Shown here piece after piece: positions 34,901-49,900 of a stretch of DNA of 64,000 bases (position 1 is the stretch's first letter; every line of letters starts with the position of its first letter). Where the stretch lies: positions 24,090,912-24,154,911 of the forward strand of contig NC_092675.1 in NCBI RefSeq assembly GCF_964355755.1. Reading direction: 5' to 3'. Source of the DNA: Antedon mediterranea (lineage: Eukaryota > Animalia > Echinodermata). Position numbers and translations under genes: made by a program. The notes beneath the pieces are model-generated. The model was not told where the DNA came from and did no database searches. It saw nothing but the letters and a program-made list of their open reading frames with translations.

Positions 34901-37900
34901 GTGCCAGTTGGCTCAGCCGAAAGCTCTAGTGTGCGCCAGGCTTTAGGTCTTCTATAGAACAAACATAAAACAACATTTTTTACATTGCAATATTTTTTAT
35001 ATAAGCGTTACTTAAAATATGAGCAAGTAGTGAACGTTTGGGGGTTGGGGGATGAGGGGTATCATGAGCTTGGTTGTTATGTCTATAAACCACCAGTTCC
35101 ACTGCTGTTTGAAGACCAAGGACAATTAAATACCATTTACATTTATTTACATGAAAAAAAAAACATTTAGAAAACAATTGTAAAGAAATATACAACTAAT
35201 AGTAGAAGTAGCTATAAACTAATGTGTACATAAATACTTGAAATTTAATGTACTTTAAATAATAATCTAACTACATGTTTTTTATAAATAATAAAATTAA
35301 AATACAGGATATTATACTGGAGAGTGATGGTGTAATGGTAATATCGGACTAGCATGTGATAGGCATGGGTTCGAGGTTATCTGTACCATAATAATTGCAT
35401 CCTTAGGCAAGATGCTTTACTCTCATTGCCTCGCCCTTCTGATGGGATGTAAAGCCGTAGGTCCAGTGTACTTAACAGTGCACGTTAAAGAACTTGGTAC
35501 ACTATTCGAAAAGAGTAGGGGATCGTCTCCCGGTGTGCTGATCTGGTAGGCGCTGCACTGCTGGCTGCCGTGGGTTCGTGGAGGGCCTAATCCGAATTTC
35601 CTTAGTTTCCAGTTAAGCTTGAGGACAAATGAATACCTTTACCTTTATTACTTTAACACCCTGTTTGGCTTACACTTTAGTTTGCCATTTAAACAAATAA
35701 ACTGTAACTGTAAAGTTCTAATACTGTGCATCAAAAGACTGACAATATAACAACACAAACTATTCAGCAAAACAGTAGCTAGTCCAGTACATAAAACCTT
35801 AATAAACCGTTCTTACTGCATGTGTATCCTCGTCATCAGATAAGAATTCAGGCAGTTCTACATCAGACTATAGTAAAATATACAATCCATTATTTTAGGT
35901 AAGACATTTTAAACTATGAATAATCATAATATGAGACAAAACTGCCACACTGAACTATAAAATACAATGGGCAATTAATAATCACAGAATATGTATAACA
36001 GCCAGTAGTAGGAGAGATGATACCATTAAGAGATGTACAAGTATTATTCACTGTCATACAGCTAGTGAGCATTATCAAAACAGTTGCAAAACAAATGTTG
36101 TCAGAAGACTAATATAATTAGTTATAGCTGATGTAACAAGCTGTTCGGACACCCAAAGCAGACCTGCCAACCTTGAGTTAGATTTGGTGGCATAAAAACA
36201 TGCTATATATAAGAGTGATGTTTCAATGGTGTCATTCAGTGCTGTGTGAGTTTTGACGTTGTTTGTGTTAACCGTAAGATTCAATTGCATAGCACAAATT
36301 GACAGGTATGCCAATCATAATGAAGTGCAGACAACATACAGTTTGATGTTACAAATTGATGTAAAGATAAGATGATGAACCATGGACGGCAAAGCATGTC
36401 ACCTAAAATGTACACATCGCTGGAAGCTGCATAAAACATTCTGAACAGCAACGTATCAGAGAAACAATATCAAAGTGTCATGGAATGTTTAGTCCTACGT
36501 AAACACATCAAATGATAATAAAAGATATACCAAACATTAAACACAATTACGGATGTTATTAAACTTGTTTTATAATTATGGAGGACCCTCCATTATCAGT
36601 TAGAGGAAAAATGGTAAAATCAGCACTGTGGTCATGTTACAAGAGTTGTCAAAACAATATAGATTATATAGAAAGTAGGAAACCTTGTATCATTGCCCCC
36701 CCCCCCCCACCCCCCGACTGTCATGGTATAATTATTTTCCTTTAATTTGAGAAATAAGTGGGTAATAAAGTATAAATAGATTAACTCCATTATCTTTTAA
36801 AGTATAGAACTCATTTTCAATCATGATACCAACTATTTAGGGAGAAGATAATGTATTCTGTACGACAATATAACTAGTACCTCCTCTTTTGCCATTATTC
36901 AGCAAAATATATTATTAGAAATTACCAAGCAGTTTAGACAATGAAAGCATATTTATCATCCTTGAAGATAAAGATAACGCAAAATAAAGAAAAGGCAATT
37001 GGCACCATACAGTGATGTTTATAAGGAAACATCTTATGGTGGGTATTATTAAAATGAGTACGAAACTTCAGGTTGTTACAAGACATTAATACACAACAGG
37101 CAGAACTATAATATCATCATTTTAACCAAATAATACCTCATTATTGAGTTCTGCATCTAAATCCATATAAACCACTTCCTATATAGATATAAATAAACTC
37201 TTCAGTCAGTCCATGTTGTAATGTCCCAAGATCTGACATCTTGAGAGAAATATTATAGAAAAGTCACTATTGAATATATTATTGTTGTTTTCTAACTGCT
37301 GAATGTTTGCATAAAAAAAAGTAATAGTTGGTCCTGAATTAAAATAGTTCAGCATTTTAAATTTATTCAGAAAATAAATACTAGAACAGAGATTGGAAAT
37401 TTGGCGATATTTTCAATCTTTCTTTTCACAAAAAACCAAAATGTGGGCCAACAGGCTACCAGAAACCTATGCCTTGTTTAGTACAGTTTAATAATTATTT
37501 CTATTTTTGTATTAATAAGCAATTAAAAATGTGACCGCTGTGTAACTTACAATTTTTTTCTTCATCAATATGTCTTCAATTTCTAGTGGAGGCTTGTAAA
37601 TTAAATTTAAATTCATGACAAAATATTATTTCAGCTATGTACTATAGTATATACTCAAAGGTACATAATATGTCCATGACATAATAAACAAACAATTGAT
37701 AGAAAATCCAATAATAACTTTTAAATCAACATTAATATAAATCGTGTACTAGACATCACTGGTTTAAGCCCAGACACTACCAACTGAGAAGCTAAACTAG
37801 GAAAACACTTTGCTCATCACTATGTTGGCTGAATCTCAAACAAACGCAATAAAGTTGTTTTATATATTCTGTAATAACTTACAAAATCCTGCTTGACAGG

Positions 37901-40900
37901 TATTTCTTCCACTTCCACTGGAGGCTTTTAATTAAAATATTATTAACATCTCTAAATATACTGTAAATTCTAACCACATTGTATCATAGAAATACAATTA
38001 ATTGAAAAGCTATACAAATACTCGTCCATGCTACAATGACTGCTTTACAAACTTAGAACAAAATGTGCTAGCAACTCATCACCTGCATAACATAGCTAAA
38101 CATGTTCACATACTGTAACATTTAAAACAAAGCAGTAAATTTAGATGAGTTAGGGAAGAAAAACCAACAAATGCTATTAAAGCAGAACATTATCTGAAAA
38201 CATCCTCTATCATTTTTTCTTCTTCAACATGAAAATCATTATGGAAAATGCTTGGCTTTTATTTATTAGATGGTACTCTTCTGCACTGTGTAACTTACAA
38301 TTTTTTTCTTCATCAATATGTCTTCAATTTCTAGTGGAGGCTTGTAATTTAAATATAAATTCATGACAACATTTTATTACAGCTATGTACTATAGTATAC
38401 TGAAATGTACATATAACAGGCCCATGACATAATAAATCACTATTGATATAAAATCCAACAATGATAACTTACATTAAACTGTATACTAGACATCACTGGT
38501 TTAAGTCCAGACACTACCAACTAAGAAGCTAACATCATTATGTTGGCTGAATCTCTAACACACACAATAAAGTTGTTTTATATATTCTGTAATAACTTAC
38601 AATATCCTGCTTGACAGGTATTTCTTCCACTTCCACTGGAGGCTTTTAATTAAAATATTATTATTAATAACATCTTTATAAAAAACCACTATACAAATAT
38701 TCTCCATTCTATACTGACTGCTTACAAAACTTAGAACAAATGTACTATCAACTCATCACCTGCATAACATAGCTAAACATGTTCACATACTGTAACAGTA
38801 AAAACAAAGCAGTAAAGTTAGATGAGTTGAGCAACAAATGCCAAGCATAAAAAACATCCTCTATCAGTTGTTAAAATATCTTCTTCGACATGAAAATCAT
38901 TATGGAAAATGCTGGTATTAAATGTCAATTGAACATGGGTAGTAAACTCTATAAAACTAATTTTAGGTTAGTTGGTCTAGTTGGAGCAACCATTGACAAC
39001 AATTTCCCCTGCTCAAATCAATTCACAAAAACAACATGTACTGCATATAATGTAAATACAGACGTACAGAAGCAGCAGAGTGAGTTTAAATAAATAAGTA
39101 GGGAAACAACAACATCCTGTCTGTTATAACATCCAGTAAGCAAGCTCCCTCCCTCTTACAGTATATTTTCGCAGGTAAGGGAAGCATCATGGTACCTAAG
39201 ATTTTTAGAAACTAATTCACATTTAATACCGGACTACTTTCAGAGCTGATATTTGAATGGGTCCTTGGTAACTTTTGACTTTCTAATTGCTATATAGAAT
39301 ATTTCATTACATGATTATATATTTTGGCACAAATGTAGGAACAAAAAGTCTTGTTGGTTTCAAAATGGTTTAAAAATATTTGGTAAAGTCATGTTGATTA
39401 TATTCCCAAGTCTTAAATTGTAAACACACTGGGTGTATTTGTAGTAAAACTAAGTTTTACTTAAGTAATACTAAGTTTTTCCAACTCTTGTGTGAACAGC
39501 CCAGCAACCCTGTCTAACAGATTTAAAATCCAGTGGGAACATACACAGGAATGCTTTTTGGCTTTCCTAGCATAGAAAGAAATCCCTATTCAGACCGTGG
39601 TAATTTTTACTTTTCTGATGTCTTGTAAAGAATTTTAATAAGGCCAGTGTGGTTGACGGTGGTTTAATACACTATCTGAAACACTTTAACTAAAAAAAAA
39701 TATGACAAAACCAATTACCATGTTATCACCCTGCATCTGCTCAAGTGTGGGAACAATGGGGGAATTATTTCTTGGTGAAGGAATCTGAAAAACAAAAAGG
39801 AGAGGCAATGTATATATTTTAAAATAAATCTTTCAAATTCATTTATATCATCTTCATAATATAAATGGATTTCAAAGATCAAATTTATTTGTAGCAAAAA
39901 CAGAATATATTAAAACAACTTAAAAAATGTATTAGATGCATCATAAAAAAAGCAAGCCGTATAGTACTTCCTAAATTACTCAAAGAATAACAGAAAAGTA
40001 ACCTATAAGAAAAATCGGTCACTCCTGGGTTTCTCTACAATTGAAGTCAATTTAAAAAGTCTAAAACTACAATAGTTTCTTTTTATTCTGAAACAAAGAT
40101 GCTGCACAAACCTTAGTTTGCTCCTGTTTGCGCAAAGCTGGTACTGGTGGAGACTCGGTTCTGGACTATTAAAAGATAGTAATTTAAAATAAATATTATA
40201 TTAACGTAGGCCACAGCAATGATAGTGAATGATAACCATTCTAACTTTTCATACAAAAAATATCTGTGGCAGTATTCACCTTTCACACTTAGGCTTAGGG
40301 AAACACTTACACGTATTAAGGTCAAGAAAAATCTCATATCTAAGTGAATACAATTTAAGGGAAATACTTAAATATTCATTAAGTTAAGTGAAATACTTAT
40401 ACTGAAGGAACAAATCTCACTTTAATGAGATTGGTGAATACGGTCACTGATTATGAATAAACTTCTATTTACATAAAACATCCAGCTCCTAACTAGGGTC
40501 ATTTCGTCAGTCTAATTTCTCCACCTAGAATTTGATATTGAAAATAAACTAATTCACTTACTGGTTCTGCCTTCCTAAGTGTTGGAATCGGTGGTGATTC
40601 TACCCTCTATCAATATTAATAAATGAAAATGGAGTTATGAATAAAACTAACATAAAAGATCAGTAAATAGATAAATACAAATTTAAACAAATGCTTGAAC
40701 CAATTCATTTAATTTATTTTGCCATTTGCACCAATTTCCAATATTTATCTGTCTGCTGATCTGGTTAATCAAGAATGTCTTTGTCAGAGATTGAAAATGA
40801 ATTGATTTAAAATAATATTGTACTTACAGGTTCTGTCTTTCGGAGGGTTGGAATTGGTGGTGATTCGACTCTCTGCAAATAAATAAAAAATTTAAAAACA

Positions 40901-43900
40901 TATTTATATACATAAATACCACTCAATTATAGGAAGAACACTAGGTTTGAATATTGGTTGTGGCAACTTTTTCTCATTTCCTCATCTTTATCGTTTCTAT
41001 TTAATTAATTTTCTTATACAGTAGCCTAATTTTCAGTATATCACCGATTGACAGGAAAACAAAAAACAAATTTACCAGCACTTCAGTCTCCTTGTGAATC
41101 TCTGTTATTCTGCTATGTTGTTTTACTGACTTTTCTTCCATGACTGCTTGTTTCATTTCTGCTTGTTTCCTTTTTTCTTCTGCCAATTTAGCCATCTCTT
41201 CGTTTTGTTGACGTGTCTAATGTAAAGAAAACAAGATAAAACTCTAATCATTCTTGATTTAAGTCATGTTCAAATAGATCAAGTTATGGCATATATGAAA
41301 TGTAAAATATTTCAATTAAAAAATACAATAAATGGGGGTATATATATATAGCAACACTTAACAAAGTTTCAGGCTATGCATGTGGCATCAGCAAATGGTT
41401 GCCTGTCTATGAATGGCAACAAATTCGTCAATTGCATACACACATGTGTTAACATGACATACCTAATAGTCATTCTAATAACAACCAAGCATGTCTAACT
41501 ACATACCTTCTCTTCCTTTAACCTTTGTTTTTCTTTTTCGGCTTCAAACTCCCTTTGCATTTTATCTCTTTGTTCCTGAAGATCCCGTTCTTGCTTTTCC
41601 TCTCTTAATCGTTCACGTTCTTTTTCTTCAGCTTGCCGTCTTTTCTTTTCTTCAATCTGTTAACATTACAGTAATATCTTCTCATTTACTTTAGAATTAT
41701 AAACAACTTCTCTGACCTACATTTTCTCTGCTCAAATAATTATTTGATATTAAATATTTTTTACAAAAATTGCGGTGACATTGATATACTGTTTCATAAT
41801 TATCCACCTACTATAGATTTAAATTTAAAAAAAACTCAGTCTTGCAGAAGCATATGAGGGAATGTCTTTTCACATAGCCAACATTGCAAAGTGTCATTTT
41901 TCTCCAGAGTGACAAACACAAGATGCTCTACACGAACAAAGTCTTTAAACAAGCTTTTGGTATTTGAGAAACTTTTTAGAAACCAGACACCTGCAGAGAT
42001 CACATCCAGACATCTCTGACCTATAAATTAGTAACAGAGTATCTAAACCACCAAGCTATCCAATTCTTCTCCTTTTTTGTTACATCATTACAAATTCCTA
42101 CCTGAAGTCTAAGGCTTTCTTTATACTCATCCTGAGCATTCACAGGAGTTGTGTCACCACCTACAGTAAAACTTTCAGGTAAAGTATGATGGACAGGTAT
42201 CTGTACTTGGCCTCTTGGAGAAATCATAGGATTACCTACAAAAGAAAACGCTCTGTTCATGCAGATCTTATTCTTCCAGGATTTAATTACACTTAATACA
42301 GTAACCATTTTTGTTATGGCTGTGTTTCTGTAGCTATAACATATTGTTGGTTTAATTTCTTAACTAATCATATAATTATATATTATTATTATTATTATGA
42401 CTACTTTAACATCAATCACTCAATTCTCTATACCATAAACATAATTGAGTGATTTGAATGAAATAATTTTTGGATAATTTGTCTTGAGTGGAATTGGTTA
42501 AATCCTGTTTCCACAGAACCTTTATCGGTTGATTATCAGTTAATTTTTTATCAGATAATTATAGGTTCATTTTTGGCTGTGGAAACATGGCTTATGAATG
42601 GAAAATCAATGAAAAAAAAACTCTCTCTCTAGTGGTATAGTAAGTAAATTATTTCAAACAAAGTTAGGACTATAGCTGCCCCTAATCTATGTATTACTAG
42701 ACAATATTATACTTTACCTTGAATGGTTGAGCCTCCAAATACATCCTCTGTTGTCTGCATTTGTTTCACTTGTTTTAAGTCAGCTGAAAAAATATTATTC
42801 AATAAATTATGGAAAAAAGAATATGCCCGTCTTGTTATGGTTGTAATAATGGTAAACTCCTATTCAAGGCACACACTTTTAAGGGACATTTCATCTAGGC
42901 ATGAATTTTTTTCTTTAGTTTGCCAGTTAGCCTGACATGAATCAATAGTAATACTGTAGTAAATTTCTTGGACTTTTCGTTCATCAATGCTTGGTTTGAA
43001 ACAGGTATCCAAGTTGCACTTTGATGGGATTTGCATTGTGAATTTGTATTGCATTTAATTAATTAATAACTGCACATGATCATTTCAACTTACCAATGAT
43101 ATGTCCCTTATTGTCACGCATCGGTGCTCCTCCGCCTCCTTTGCCAAATGGCTCATAAAGTTTAGCTTCAGCTTCCATCTTTTGATCATATCGTTCCTGT
43201 GCAGCTTTCTCTTCTCGTTTTCTTCTTTCTTTCTCTTGGATCTACAACAAGGTAATAAGAATATTTTGCAATGAATTATTTATTATTATTTATTCTCTTC
43301 TTGATAATTTTTATACTGTATATACAGTATATTTTTTGTTGTCTTGATTGATGAGTTTTTTTGTAGTCTTGAAGTTCATAATTATTTATATTTTCCATAA
43401 TAATGAAACAAACAAAAGAATTTACCTGCAATAGAAGTTCATCTTGGTAGCTTCTAGAGCCACCTTTTTTCTGAGGTGTCTTCGAATCATCACCTACAAA
43501 TCCTTGAATTGATGACCGTCCATTTTTCTGAATTGGTCTGAAAATAAAAATAATGATATACACAAAAGTAATGAACAATCAGGGATACAATTTCACTAAA
43601 GTAAGAATAATTAATTAAAATTCATCCATATAAACATGTTACAGTATTATTAAGGTACTATAATAAGAATGTCTTACTGAGTAGGTCTTGGATTGAGTGT
43701 AGAATTGTAACCCTGATTCAATGAATTTCCATTTTGTGGAGGATTATCTTGACCCCGTCCATATGGAGACACACCTAAATATCCATCATTGTAACCATTA
43801 TAGTATGGGTTTATTCCAGATGGAGGACCTAAAAAAATAACAAGAACAATTTCAGTTGAAAATGACTTCTTAAAAGGTAAGGCATTAAAATAGAAAATGG

Positions 43901-46900
43901 CAAACTGTTTGTTTGTCCCTAATTTTATTTTAATTACATACATTTTTGAATTATCATAACAATAGTTATCATGTAATGTAATTCCTTGATACTTCAATTT
44001 GACAATTATATTCAGTAACAAAGAAATAAAATAAAAAATTGATCAAACGAAAAAAAGATGGCTGACTTAAAAGAAAAAAAGTGTCTACAATTTCAGTAAG
44101 CTAACACTAGTTTAGTTTGTCCTTGTATGTATTTATTATTGCACAGCAGGTGTACAGTATACATTCAATGTATTTTAAATTCTTGACTTCAATTGATGAT
44201 AATTATAATAAACCATTAAAGACAGAAAAATAGGCGTCCCTTACCAATTCAGTGCATCACAGATTGCAAATTGAATAAAGGAAAACAAAACAATTAGAAC
44301 AAACAAATTATTTGCAATGATTAACAAACTTCTTTAACTATTCATGTAAATTGATTTTCGGCAAAATAAGAAAAAATACATTTAAATAATTTCTGAACAC
44401 ACCATACATATATAACAGTGACTTTATGCAAGGTTGATGTACACAAAAAAAAAAGTGACATATACCATTAGAAGGTGGATCTTCATGAGCTTTCTTTTCC
44501 AGAAATGTTTTAAAAACTGAGAGCATGTGTCAAAATAAAATCCAATAAAATAAGAAACTTAATAATACATGTGTTTACAATATTATTACAAATTAATTAA
44601 ACTAATATAACAACTTTAATTTAATTAATTCCATTGTTTGTGCACAGCTACAGTTATCTTATTAAACTATTCGTTCCACAATTTTTAAAATAATAATAAC
44701 AAATGTAGAAATAATTATTGAAAAAAAATATTTATATTGTACACTCCCAATTTATTTCATAAACTTTATCATTATATTGTACACTAAAACCAAACCAAAT
44801 TACTTTCATAAGGTGATTGCTTGAACTCTGACACTCCGGTTGTATGAGCTAAAAAGTAGTAAAAATAATTACGGTCTTTGTTAATAATTCATTATTTTAA
44901 TAAAAGGAAGCAAAGCAAACAGGAACATGTACTGTTTAGCAGAAATTATAATTCATACTCTATGTACCAAGGAAGCAATATTTGACAGTTAAATTTCTAC
45001 CTAGTTTCAATGACATACCCTATCCAAATAGATCTATCCAATTTTAACAACCATAGAACCAATTCAAAATCCATGATACAACAAGTATTGAAATTACCAA
45101 AAAGTAATATCACAAATGAACATTACCAATTAACAAACTAGAACCCCTTTCTCACAGCCAAGTTCTGTAAATATACCCTTAGCATGATTCCTCCATGCTT
45201 TTGTAACATTCTGTTATTAGTCAAACCACCTAGCGACCAAGAATGCAGGGACCCCATGAAGGGAAAATAAATGTTATTTCTCAATCTTTATTTGAGAGAG
45301 TTTCTTTTGGTTATTGAAGTGTATCCCCAAGAACAAAATAAACAGTATTTAAATCAAAAATAGGTGTTTTATAGGCAATGAATGTATTAAGACAAATAAA
45401 GGCAAAAAGGATATAGTTATAAACAAAAAGAAAATTTGTTCTGGGGATATAAAGCATTTTGTTGGAAACAAACTGTACTAAACGTGAGAAAGGGACTAAG
45501 AATGTTGATTGCAATGTTCCTAAAGCACTGTTGAATCAGATCACAACACGCAATGATTGGATGCACATCTACACAGGATATAAATAATATTTAAAGCTAC
45601 ATCATTATTAAAGCTTTACAATAACTGCTTCAATAAAAAGAGTTAAATATATCTAAATGTATTTTTATTAGAAGTTTAACAAATTAAATTAATGCCATAA
45701 CATTAGTTAGTGAATAAAAAACAATAAATTCAAGTAAAAACAAATCTAAGAGACATTGTTTTTGAATACGATTTACTCCAAAAATAAACCTAAGCAACAA
45801 AAGTTATTACTGTATTTGCAGAAAGTAGGACACAAATAATAAAAGGTACTGGCAACCAAACAAACATTATGCAATTTTGCCAAAGCTTCATTAAACGTCC
45901 ATGATCAACATAAAATACAGTTTTCTATAAAAAAATAAGTTGTAGTTGTACATAAACCACAGCAACAACCATTTACCCTCTTCTAATACTTCATTTATTT
46001 CAATCCTACGAAGAATGTCTGAGATACAAAAAGTGAAAATAGTGATAAATGAAATATCAGACTGTTAAACACATTTACACTGCTAATAGTTACATTTAAA
46101 ACTTTTATCTTTCATATTTTTTATTTTAGTTAAAAATCAAAAAATCAAAATAATGGATCTGTATCTTTTGATGAATCTGAAAAAGAAATAATTATGGGTT
46201 TAGGTCTGATTGTGAATGGTTTATGAAATTGTAGATCACCATTTTTCTTCTGCAAAATAAATAACAAAGATTTCATTTTTAACACTGAATTGGCAACAGT
46301 AGAATATTGCATACTTTACTACTACATACATTCATTTGTTAGATGTTAGTGCAACCAATGTACTGCATGTCACAAGAATGCAGACAAAGATCTAAAATAA
46401 GAAGGAACCTGAAGTAAAACAGAAACTTAATATACAGCATTTGCTATAGAATAAATAAAGAAAGAAAAACACTTGGAACACCCGCAGAAAAACAGGGTCT
46501 GAGATGTAAAAGTCTTCTCCGAAAGATGACCTTTTAAGGAAGCAAAATCCAGATGAGTAAACTGGACCTCCAGTTTAAGTCCTTATCAAAGAAAGGACTA
46601 TTATGGTTGAGAATGGGCTTTGAACCTGTGCCGATTCTATAGCTATAAAAGCAATTTTTTTTTCTGTTTTGCCATGAGCAATTAAAACAAAACCTAAGCC
46701 TCTCACTTTATCACTCTTATTTACATTAGACACTATATTTATTCTAGTATTAAAATCTAGAAAATATTTTAAGATAATTGCACATTTTACATTACCAAAA
46801 TAGCAATAACAATATAACAAAAAGAAGAAGAAATGCTTATTTATTTACTGCAGATCTAAACTGAAAAATTAATGAATATCAAAAGCATTTCTAAGAAAAA

Positions 46901-49900
46901 GTAAAATTAATTATACCTTGGGGTGAATCTCCTGGTCTTGATACAACTTAGAAAAACATATATTTTGTTAAAGTTTCATTTTGTATAATTTTATTTCATT
47001 TTAAAAGCAAATTAGTAGAAACAGAACATTTTTTGAGATATCAACGAATCTAATAAACACAGAAGGCAATCATTGTATTGAACAGAGTTTTAAACTGTTC
47101 ATATTCTAATTATGTCGGTAGTACAATATATTTAAGACTATAAAAGCTGTACATTTACCACCAAATTGCTCAACTGGTAAAGTTGCTAAATTAGAGCCTG
47201 TTAAAAAAAGATATGAAAACCTTAATAAAGATACAGGATACATACAAATATTTGATATACAATTGTTTTTACACCTGTCTATTTAATACATACCAAACAA
47301 TAAAAAAAAAACAATAATAATAATAAAAAAACAGTGTCAGTAGTTAGGACTAGATTTACCTAAGATATGCCTAAAATACCATATTATCTTACTAGAACAA
47401 AAATCGGAATCATCTAAGTATGCATGTGTGCAATCGCATGTGTGGCCTATCAATTATATTACTTCAAAAGATCTTTCATTTTAAGTTAGCAATAGGGAGG
47501 TTTCGCAATCTTACGAATACGATAACGTCACGCACACGTATTCGTTTTTCCTAAGCCAGGAAAAATCTGTTTCACATGGCAACGAAATATTGAGGGCGCC
47601 GCCCAAAATATGACTGCGGTAATTTTAGCGAAACGACAGGTAAGTGTTGCTTGGTGCTTGGCTGCCTAGGCTTAGCGTAACATCAAAGCGAGTGAGGACT
47701 TTAAAAACTGCTATTTAAAAAAAATTGACCTGGCATTTTAGTAAATTACTTTAGTAAATTACTTTCAATAAATCTATAATTATATTATAATCATGAATCA
47801 TTCCTGATTCAAATGCAAAATGTGCAAAATAGATCAAAAACTATACTCGTTTTGTAGTTACGAATATGACTGGTGATATTCGTCAACACGAATACGCTTT
47901 ACGAATATGAAATGGGGATCAGTTTAAAAGTTTCACAAATGTGTGACGTATCCGTTTTCGTTATCAGATTCGTAAGGTTGCAAAACCTCCCTATTATCTC
48001 ACTCATTTCACTGAGTACATTTTATCAATTTATGATTAAAGTAAACAAAACATTTCATTTTTATTACAATAAAAATAAGTTATAAAAGTTTAAAACTTTA
48101 CCTGGTTCTCCTTCCATTGGGTTTCGATGTCCATAATATGAATAAGGATCAACAGAATCAGATTTATATTGGTATCGCTCAAGTTCAAATGGCCTGAAAG
48201 GTGTTATAAAAAGAGAATGATTCCTATAACATACGCCACATATCGAGACAGTCTATATACAAAAGCAGGCAGAAAAAAATGTGCCAAAAGTGGAGTTGTA
48301 TAATTCGGTCAATTAGGATTTGTTATTACAGCAAAACAAGTCCCAGAAGTTAAGATTTGACTAAATAATCTGCAAAACCGTAAAAAGAAACCCATTTCTT
48401 GGTTTGGCTATTGGGAATAGAAGATTGAGATGTACTTACTTTTCTAGCATTGGGGCTTTAGACTTGAGGAATGCAGCCTCAAGGCCTAGATCTTGTGCTG
48501 GTGGTGGCACATATGGCTGATTCATTTGTGGGGCAAATGAAGGTTGATACTTGGTGTTCTGTGTTGTTGTATTATAACCATGTGGAGGTGCTTGCCGGCT
48601 GTTTCCATGTTTTGATAAGCCTTTTAGACGATCAGGCTGATGGTAGAAACATGTAAAAAAAACAGTTTAATTTTAAAATCAATATTTGCAATGAAAAGTT
48701 TTGGAGTAGCTGGAGATAAATTAAATACACTATATAGAGAATTCTATGAACTATGACAAAGTACTTTAAGCAGAAAACTATATTTATAAATAAGTACTAC
48801 AAGAATCATTGCAATCAACTAAATTCATTGCTATAGTGGCTGAAAACAATTTAAAAATACTCACCAATTTCTCAGGATCTTGGAGACCAGTTGCATTGAC
48901 CTTTAACCCTTCTTCTCTTTCTCTGTAACACATGAAGTATTTGAATGAGATATTCGAATGAGATATTTCTTTCGTGGATATACAATGCTACATTTCTCCC
49001 AAAGCAAGGGTTTTGGTACCAATATTTGCCGGATTAAATTAGCTTTAACCGGAATAAAAAATGGTGCAAGAAAATTATACATAAATAAAAACCTATCTAG
49101 TAAGTGGTAGGTAAGGCCTAGCCATTTAAAATCATAGACCAAATGCAATCGAAAACTATATTTTGTTAATTGAATCGACGAAGTACAATATTATTAGACA
49201 GTTTTTCATTTAGTAGTTACATCTCATATAGTATATCAATAATTTGGTACTTCGCTTAATTAATTGATTGGAATTGATTTCAGAATATTCTTTTTTTAGC
49301 TTAAATTGAATAGAAAAAAAACCCCTAAAGGCTGATAAATGATATGTGTACTTACATGTTTCTGTTTCTGTGAAGATAACATAGCAGAAATTGTTATAAT
49401 AAAGCAAGGCACAAAAATATAAACAAAACATAAATTGAAATAGCAACTAAATTAATATCTACTTTGTACAATCGCATGAATGTTTTAATATCTATTAATT
49501 TCTACAATGTATGCATTTCCCGGTGAAAATTTAGACAGGCACAATGCTTTTATATTTGGTCTGAAATTATTTACTTCATCTATTATTCAATTTGCATATA
49601 CACAGGATGATTAAAACCAAGTGTCTGAGTAAGGGGTACTTTTTATTCACTGTTTACATAGCAAATTAAGTAAACCCTGAATTATAAAGCAAGCTTCTGA
49701 AACACATTTCAAATGGCACTAACAATGGCATTTTAAAGCTGTCTATTTTCAAATTGAATTTTTGCATATGTCATGAGGAAAATTGTTTATTGTTAAATGT
49801 TAAGTGTCATTTGATGTGGATGAATTAGCGCACCCATCTCTACTATGCTATATTTCCAAGTAAAAAATGTTCAAATAATCTTTTATTTTGTATGTGTATT

